Part shown: piece after piece, positions 58,354 to 64,000 of the stretch
How the letters are laid out: every line of letters starts with the position of its first letter
Position numbering within the stretch: the stretch's first letter is position 1
Origin: an uncultured Chloroflexia bacterium
Lineage (GTDB): Bacteria > Chloroflexota > Anaerolineae > Anaerolineales > UBA11858
Direction of reading: 5' to 3'
DNA length: 64,000 nt
NCBI GenBank assembly: GCA_963695575.1
Contig: CAVOGS010000014.1
Span: 328,114 to 392,113, forward strand
The notes under the pieces: model-generated
Databases searched by the model: none
Told to the model about the DNA's origin: nothing
Seen by the model: only the letters and a program-made list of their open reading frames with translations
Made by a program: the position numbers and the translations under genes

Positions 58354-59200
58354 TTACCCCGGATGATATTTCAATGTCAGGCTTCCGACGGGATAAGTAA
58401 TTTCCTGGCTAACGACATCACATTTTACTTTTAACAGGAAGAATAGATCTCTTGAACTATCGCTAAGAGTCTCAAAATTTGCCTGCCCTTTGGCCAGGAT
58501 CAGGGGTGTGTTTTTGAATAAATCCTGAAATTCAGTACTGCAGGATGGCAAATAGGTGCCCGGATACGGGGTGCCTGATTCGACCAGATTTGCAACCTGG
58601 TCAATACCGGCCTGGCGAGCATCTTCAACTAAGGCGTCGTCAAACGCTGGTCCGCTTTTTACTGCATAAATTACTGGCACAGAGAGGGTCTCGATCAGAA
58701 CTTTGTCAAAAACTGATTCTCCAGCATTATCAGCCAGGATAAGGAGAGATGGGGATTGTGATAACTTGATCCGGAATAGTTCCAGGCTATCTCCCCAAAT
58801 TTTATACTCCAATAAACGATTGATCTCCTGATCAAGATCATAACTGCTGGGATTGGATATGTCGAGGATATTTCCCAGGGCGCTAATCCGAATAGCTGCG
58901 TTTAGCTGGTCATCTGCCTCAGAGACAAGTTTTTTTAAGCGGGGATATAACTTGAGTGCTTCTTGAATACTTAAACGCTTGTGGGACCTGAAAAGATCCT
59001 CCTGGTTGGTTTCCAGGAGTACTCTTCTGATAGATCAGTCCCGCAGTGCGGGCTGGAGGTAAGGTCATATCAGCATTGACCCAATCCTGTTGGAACTTTT
59101 CAAGTATCTCCTGCCTGGTATTGTCATCCATGGCCGCCTTATTCAAAGTGGTTTCCATGAGGTTCATGATGCAGGGGATGCAGGCCTGATATGTTTTCAT
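58354..59200 (-). pseudogene. DUF89 / ARMT1-like damage-control phosphatase, one frameshift
   Basis: N-terminus MKTYQACIPCIMNL. The frame of ORF 58354..58812 is open upstream to about 59037 (RRVLLETNQEDLFRSHKRLS...). The ILADNAGESVFD motif is present. Confidence 0.7.
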
Positions 59201-59223
59201 AGTTGGCTAAAGGGACAGGTTTC

Positions 59224-60906
59224 TCAGTTAGCTGCTTGTTTGATGGCAACTTTGTGATTATTCCGAAAGTGGTATGAACCGGATTTCTTTAACACCGCTG
59301 GCACATATTCTTTCTGGACGTCAATGAGCGTATTATTTTCGTTGATTGTGATCTTGCCAATCACAAATCCTGGTATGTCAGCCATCGAAGCAATGCCGCC
59401 TACTATTTCACCGGGGTTGATGCCGTGGGCTTTACCTTTGGGCATGGTTAATTGCACCATACCTTTTTCCTGCCCGGAGGAGGTTTTTTGGAACTGGCCC
59501 TGGCGATTAGATTGACCTTTACGATGGGATTTTTTATTGCTCCTGCCGTTCTTCCCATTATTACTGGATTTGTTAAATTCTACTGGCGCGATCTTTTCAA
59601 TGGGGCGATCGGACATTCCTTTGCGAGCCATTTTTAAAGCCGCTGCGGCAACCTTGACCGGGTTATGTCCGGAAGCGATCATATATTCCACGAGTTCCTC
59701 TTCCCGGGTGCAGCGACCTCGTTCCAGCCAGACTTCCATTTTTTCAAGCAGTCTAAGATCGCGGCGTTCAAGGATATCCTTTTCTGTTGGGAACTGTGTC
59801 AGCTTAATTTTGGTTTTTGCATAACCTTCAATACGGCTGAGAAAACGCTGATCTTTAGGCGCAAGCAAAGAGATCGCTACGCCATTTTTTCCAGCCCGGC
59901 CAGTTCGCCCGATCCTGTGAACATATGCTTCGGGGTCAGTTGGGATATCAAAGTTAACAACGTGGCTGATGTCATCGATATCCAATCCCCTGGCAGCCAC
60001 ATCGGTGGCAACCAGGACCTTGATCTGTCCTCCCCGGAATCGATTTAATACCTGCAGTCGAGCATCCTGGGCCAAGTCGCCATTCAGCGCTTCGGCGGGG
60101 AAACCCTGCTGGATCAGATTGTTAGCGAGTTTACTGGAACCGACCCTGGTTTTGGTGAAAACCAGCGTAGAACCGATTTCCTCCGCTTCAAAAAGGCGGA
60201 TAAGGGCTGCTAATTTGTCTTTTTCTTTAACCATGTAATAACGCTGATCAATCGTATCGACTGTTAATGCTTTGTGCTCTACCATGATCGTTTCTGGATC
60301 ATGCATATACTTGTCGGCCAAGCGGCGAATTGATTGAGGAAGGGTCGCTGAAAACAGCGTTGTCTGGCGGGTTGGAGGGGTTTCCTGGAGGATATTTTCA
60401 ACGTCTTCCACAAATCCCATGCTCAGCATTTCATCGGCTTCATCAAGGATAACAGTATCAACGTGACTGAGATCCAGGATATTCTGCCTGATCAGGTCCT
60501 GCAAGCGTCCTGGTGTGCCAACAATGACATCGACGCCTTCTTTTAGACGGCGGCGGGAGGTACCGTAATGCTGACCACCATAAATGGGAAGGACACTGAC
60601 CTTTTGGTGGCGGCCGTATTCTTTGATCGCGTCTGCGACCTGGATGGCCAATTCACGGGTAGGGGCCAGGACAAGCGTTTTAATCAGGCCCCGATCTTCG
60701 CTATTGATCAGGTTATTTAAGATCGGAAAGGCAAATGCAGCAGTTTTTCCAGAACCAGTCTGGGATTGAGCAAGCACATCTTTGCCTTCCAGCATTAAAG
60801 GAATAACGCGGGTTTGTACTTCGGTAAGTATTTTAAATCCAAGATCGTCAGCCGATTGGATTAAGGTTGGGTGCAGGGTTAACTGCGAAAATTCAGTAGT
60901 CATCAA
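59224..60906 (-). CDS. deaD: DEAD-box ATP-dependent RNA helicase with C-terminal DbpA-type RNA-binding domain
   Basis: AQSQTGSGKT, PTRELA, DEAD, SAT and HRIGRTGRAG. A basic linker and a DbpA-like tail (GEIVGGIASMADIPGFVIGKITI) follow. Confidence 0.9.
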   Translation of the reverse strand: MMTTEFSQLTLHPTLIQSADDLGFKILTEVQTRVIPLMLEGKDVLAQSQTGSGKTAAFAFPILNNLINSEDRGLIKTLVLAPTRELAIQVADAIKEYGRHQKVSVLPIYGGQHYGTSRRRLKEGVDVIVGTPGRLQDLIRQNILDLSHVDTVILDEADEMLSMGFVEDVENILQETPPTRQTTLFSATLPQSIRRLADKYMHDPETIMVEHKALTVDTIDQRYYMVKEKDKLAALIRLFEAEEIGSTLVFTKTRVGSSKLANNLIQQGFPAEALNGDLAQDARLQVLNRFRGGQIKVLVATDVAARGLDIDDISHVVNFDIPTDPEAYVHRIGRTGRAGKNGVAISLLAPKDQRFLSRIEGYAKTKIKLTQFPTEKDILERRDLRLLEKMEVWLERGRCTREEELVEYMIASGHNPVKVAAAALKMARKGMSDRPIEKIAPVEFNKSSNNGKNGRSNKKSHRKGQSNRQGQFQKTSSGQEKGMVQLTMPKGKAHGINPGEIVGGIASMADIPGFVIGKITINENNTLIDVQKEYVPAVLKKSGSYHFRNNHKVAIKQAAN

Positions 60907-61024
60907 AATCTCCTCTAGCGTTTTGATAACTCTGAAGCTTCACAACCCATGTGAATTGAGCGTTTTCCTTGCGGAAAAAGATCTGGGTTCAACCAGCCGC
61001 TTTCCCAATACCCCCTGCGGCAAG

Positions 61025-61053
61025 AAAAAAGCTCGTCCCGATTTTTGACGAGC
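61025..61053 (-). terminator. Intrinsic-terminator-like hairpin on the minus strand, upstream of deaD
   Basis: Minus strand: GCTCGTC-aaaaatcgg-GACGAGC followed by TTTTTTC. It lies between the predicted promoter (61130-61158) and ATG 60906. Confidence 0.6.
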
Positions 61054-61129
61054 CGCCATGTTGAATTTTCAAAACATTTAATATTCAATTGTAGCTGGTC
61101 AAATCTAAACCAGCCGCGGCAGTATACCA

Positions 61130-61158
61130 TCTGGGTTGTGGTTTGTCTATACAAGTAG
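61130..61158 (-). promoter_or_regulatory. Putative promoter TAGACA-17-TATACT with TGn extended -10 (minus strand)
   Basis: The reverse complement of 61153-61158 is TAGACA and of 61130-61135 is TATACT, preceded by TGG. It would give a leader of about 215 nt for deaD. Confidence 0.45.
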
Positions 61159-61192
61159 TGTTAGGAAAAATACACCGGAGAGGTTTTTTTAC

Positions 61193-61225
61193 TGGCGCAC
61201 CTGGAGGGACTCGAACCTCAACCTG
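61193..61225 (-). other. tRNA 3'-terminal fragment (T-arm, acceptor 3' strand, G discriminator, CCA); not a complete tRNA
   Basis: Minus strand reads ...GAGGTTCGAGTCCCTCCAGGTGCGCCA (TTCGAGT T-loop, encoded CCA). I could find no matching 5' acceptor strand, D-arm or anticodon arm upstream. Confidence 0.55.
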
Positions 61226-61646
61226 CTGATGAGAAGTTATTAGAATCTGGGACCATGCTGTGCCTTTTTTGGTTGTTTACCATAACCTCTGGACTCCAGA
61301 TGGGGGAGAAAAATCGACTTTGTGGCAGCTCCTGTTCATTGGCAGGCCTTGATTTGTAATAGCTAACTTACTTGGCAAGACTACGCCGAAAAAAAGAATT
61401 TCCTGCTGAATCTCACTCAGAAAAAAATAGTTTGTTCCTGTCCATTTACGGCAATAGAAGGTTAAGGTTATAATAAAATATAACTATCCCCTAGAAAATT
61501 ATCTTAAGAGTCATAATCAACTACCCTTTTGCTTGATATGGTTGGTTTATGACCATTATTTTTTGGCTTGCTCAGAACTGAAATTGGCTTATTTGCATAA
61601 TTTTGATAAGATATTGACCTTATTAGTAAAAATTATTGGAGTTGAC

Positions 61647-62588
61647 GTGAATAAATATTTTAAAGAATATAAATGGTCTAATATATTCGCAATGCTGAGA
61701 AATCAAAAATTGGACCCTGAAATATGTAGGGATGATTTTTATAATCGTTTGGTTGTTATTACCGGGGCGACCTCAGGTATTGGTACGGCTGCAGCAAAAA
61801 AATATGCTTCGCATGGTGCAGATATTCTATGTATCAACAGGAATGAGGAGAAATCAAAAGAAGTATGCGCAATTTTGGAGAAGACCTACAATATCAAATG
61901 CACATATCTGATCGCGGATTTTTCGAGATTAGCTGATGTTAAAGCTGTTGGAAAAAAATTATCTGAATGGGAGAGAAATATCGATGTTCTAATCCATAAT
62001 GCTGGTCTTTTTATGACAGCAAAAACCATCACAGCAGATAACCTGGAAATGGTATTTCAGACGAATTATCTCAGTTCATTTATCTTGAATTTTTACATCA
62101 AAGAAAAACTCAAATCACAAAAGGGCGGCCGGATAATATATGTAAATTCGGAGGCACATAGATTTGCTGCCTGGGGATTAAATTTGGATGATCTGAATTG
62201 GAATAACCATCGCTATACCGGATTGAAAAGTTATGGCGCTGCAAAAATGGCCCAGCTTTTATCAATGAAAAAACTTAATGAGTATTTTGCTGGGAGCGGT
62301 GCAACAGTGAATGCGATGCACCCGGGAAATATAAAAACCAATAGCGGCCAGAATAATGGCAGAATTTACAAATTCTTTAAAAAAATATTTGTTGATAGAA
62401 CTGCCAGAGATCTGGAAATTTCTGCGGACGCATTATATTATTTAGGTGTTTCCAGTAATCTGGATAAAACATCTGGTAAGTTCTTTAATCTCACAACTGA
62501 AGAAGAACCAGCTCCTCCAGCATTGGATAAAGACGCAGCAGAAAAATTATGGCAAATGAGTCTGGAGCTAAGCGGAGTAAATTTATAA
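61647..62588 (+). CDS. Short-chain dehydrogenase/reductase (retinol-DH-like classical SDR)
   Basis: VVITGATSGIGTAAAKKYA, NAG, and Y..AK (YGAAKMAQ). GTG 61647 has a GGAG RBS 5 nt upstream. The listed TTG 61533 start would add an implausible 38-aa N-terminus. The DNA is AT-rich. Confidence 0.75.
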   Translation: MNKYFKEYKWSNIFAMLRNQKLDPEICRDDFYNRLVVITGATSGIGTAAAKKYASHGADILCINRNEEKSKEVCAILEKTYNIKCTYLIADFSRLADVKAVGKKLSEWERNIDVLIHNAGLFMTAKTITADNLEMVFQTNYLSSFILNFYIKEKLKSQKGGRIIYVNSEAHRFAAWGLNLDDLNWNNHRYTGLKSYGAAKMAQLLSMKKLNEYFAGSGATVNAMHPGNIKTNSGQNNGRIYKFFKKIFVDRTARDLEISADALYYLGVSSNLDKTSGKFFNLTTEEEPAPPALDKDAAEKLWQMSLELSGVNL

Positions 62589-64000
62589 TGGAAAAGAAAA
62601 AAATAGTGATAGTTGGCGCTGGCATGGCGGGTTTAACGGCAGCAGCGTATTTATCCCGGGAAAACTACAATGTTTTATTATTGGATAAAAATGACAGGTG
62701 CGGGGGTTTAGTTAACACATTTGAGGTTAAGGGTTTTTCCTTCGATGCAGGGCCGCGGGCATTTGTAAATTCCGGCATGGTGAAGCCAATCTTAAAAGAT
62801 TTAGATATTAGTTGGAAATTCCTGGAGAATAAAATTTCCATAGCCATTGAAGACGAAATGTTCCGGGTAGATTCAATGGATTCGATAAGTGAATATGAAC
62901 GGATTTTGTGCAAATTGTATCCTCAAAGCAGGGAGGAAATTGAAAAGATCATTTCCGTAATTTCTGAACTTTCCGGGTACACGGAAATTTTATACGAATT
63001 CGACAATCCGAATTTTATAGATTTTAAAAATAATAGAATTCAACTCTTTAAAAAGCTTATACCCTGGACGATTAAATTCCTTTTTGCCTTAGGCAAAATG
63101 AACCAGTTCAAAATGCCAATGGAAGAATATTTAAAGGGATTTACAGCCAACCAGTCTCTAATTGATATCTTAACCCAACTATTTTTCAGGAAAACTCCCA
63201 CAGATTTTGCTCTGGGATATTTTTATGTGTACCTTGATTATTTTTACCCGTTAGGCGGAACGGGCGCTTTATCCAATCTTCTGCAAGAAAAAATTCTGGA
63301 TTGGGGCGGAGAGATCCAACTGAATAAACACGTTGTTGAAGTTACTCCCTCGCAATCAAGTGTGACTGACTCAGAGGGCAACAAATATCAATACGATCAA
63401 TTGATCTGGGCAGCCGATTTGAAAAATCTGTACCGGTATCTTAATCTTGAAGGATTAGATAAAAAAATTATTTCAGAGATTGAATCAAAAACTCACAGCG
63501 TCCTTTCTGCCAAAGGTGCTGAATCGGTTTTCATCGTATCTCTTGCAGCTGACCGGGAGCCGTCCTATTTCCAAACCAAGGGTGGGGAACATATGTTCTT
63601 TACTCCTTCCAGGAAAGGATTAGGTGAGACTGATTTTAAGGATAGATTAGAGTTAATTGAAGAATTTGATAATAAGTCCAAAGAAGAAATATTAGATTGG
63701 ATGGACCGATTTTTGAAGCTTAACACTTTTGAAGTATCTGTACCCGTTCTGCGGGATTCCACTTTAGCCCCAGAAGGAAAAACAGGAATAATAATAAGTT
63801 TCCTCTTTGACTACACTCTAATTGAAAAAATTGAAAATGCTGGTTGGTACGATGAGTTTAAGGAATTTGTAGAAAACCGAATTATCAGTATATTTTCTGA
63901 GACCATTTACGAGGGCTTAGAAAAGGATCTTCTTTTTAAATTCTCATCTACCCCGTTGACCATCAAAAAAGTGGCAGGTAGTTCTGAAGGTGCGATTACC
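62588..64000 (+). CDS. CrtI/phytoene-desaturase-family NAD(P)/FAD-dependent oxidoreductase; 3' end lies outside the window
   Basis: This ORF is not in the ORF track because no stop lies in the window. ATG 62588 overlaps the SDR stop (TAATG). I checked that the frame is open for all 471 codons to base 64000. N-terminus KIVIVGAGMAGLTAAAYLSRENYNVLLLDKNDRCGG. Confidence 0.8.
   Translation, partial: MEKKKIVIVGAGMAGLTAAAYLSRENYNVLLLDKNDRCGGLVNTFEVKGFSFDAGPRAFVNSGMVKPILKDLDISWKFLENKISIAIEDEMFRVDSMDSISEYERILCKLYPQSREEIEKIISVISELSGYTEILYEFDNPNFIDFKNNRIQLFKKLIPWTIKFLFALGKMNQFKMPMEEYLKGFTANQSLIDILTQLFFRKTPTDFALGYFYVYLDYFYPLGGTGALSNLLQEKILDWGGEIQLNKHVVEVTPSQSSVTDSEGNKYQYDQLIWAADLKNLYRYLNLEGLDKKIISEIESKTHSVLSAKGAESVFIVSLAADREPSYFQTKGGEHMFFTPSRKGLGETDFKDRLELIEEFDNKSKEEILDWMDRFLKLNTFEVSVPVLRDSTLAPEGKTGIIISFLFDYTLIEKIENAGWYDEFKEFVENRIISIFSETIYEGLEKDLLFKFSSTPLTIKKVAGSSEGAIT

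Noticed and set aside
407-59200. Programmed ribosomal frameshifting or recoding as the explanation for the many split genes
   Set aside because: The shift sites share no common slippery heptamer or stop-codon context. They occur at arbitrary positions within domains, and several coincide with short homopolymers. Insertion-biased consensus error is the simpler explanation.
61193-61302. A complete tRNA, possibly a long-arm type or tRNA-Sec (attractive given the TGA-containing peroxiredoxin), or the 3' end of tmRNA
   Set aside because: Only the T-arm, acceptor 3' strand and CCA are recognisable, and the T-stem itself is imperfect (GAGG versus CCCTC). The 72 nt upstream give no acceptor 5' strand, D-arm or anticodon stem. 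The 9-bp complement at 61294-61302 is out of register with a discriminator+CCA end and would give a 110-nt molecule. The G discriminator and the absence of a GGGG... 5' end or tag ORF argue against tmRNA.
61533-61646. The long N-terminal extension of the SDR starting at TTG 61533
   Set aside because: The extension (MIWLVYDHYFLACSELKLAYLHNF...) has no RBS and is not typical of SDRs. GTG 61647 has GGAG at optimal spacing.
1-64000. Mobile elements, CRISPR arrays, toxin-antitoxin pairs, restriction-modification or other defence systems
   Set aside because: I scanned all listed ORFs and the intergenic regions. No transposase, integrase, Cas, nuclease/methylase or small paired ORFs were recognisable. 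The only mobility hint is the tRNA fragment and AT-rich segment reported above.

Overview
This is a bacterial chromosomal segment with about 65 protein genes. It has no rRNA, no complete tRNA, and no transposase, integrase, CRISPR or obvious defence genes.

Gene order:
1. A partial GT4 glycosyltransferase and a NarL-type two-component pair (1-2358).
2. An HI0933-type flavoprotein.
3. A sigma70-like promoter, a cobalamin riboswitch and a BtuFCD-like ABC importer (4037-7162).
4. A minus-strand operon of CBS/ACT protein, a 1040-aa HdrA-like protein and MvhD (7241-11435).
5. A divergent putative light-response locus. A CarH/LitR-type MerR-B12 photoreceptor gene (Wx9EH motif) heads a minus-strand operon (11719-17161). 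The intergenic region carries two perfect CarH-type 11-bp direct repeats. The plus strand then runs TspO, DegV, DUF1295, small membrane proteins, Rieske protein, SDR/DUF2867, PPOX-like protein, peroxiredoxin-like protein and photolyase (17328-26184). The peroxiredoxin-like gene has one in-frame TGA exactly at the redox Cys position (U-P-F-C). It is a candidate selenoprotein that the ORF track truncates.
6. A C_GCAxxG_C_C::FGE-sulfatase fusion.
7. A ~30 kb all-plus-strand carbohydrate locus (28169-58267). It has two GntR/HutC regulators, an RbsABC-type transporter, a split transketolase, PfkB and FGGY kinases, five xylose-isomerase-like TIM barrels (one with ketose 3-epimerase signatures) and three Gfo/Idh/MocA dehydrogenases. 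It also has a cupin (archaeal-type) PGI, a KDPG aldolase and URO-D-like, fucose-isomerase-like and shikimate-DH-like proteins.
8. A DUF89 protein and a DEAD-box helicase with a long leader.
9. A tRNA 3' fragment at the switch to visibly AT-rich DNA, which carries an SDR and a CrtI-like oxidoreductase that runs off the window.

At least 18 single-base frameshifts split 17 genes. Seventeen are insertion-type and several sit at short homopolymers, so they are most likely consensus errors. I report merged gene models and flag them as pseudogene/frameshifted.
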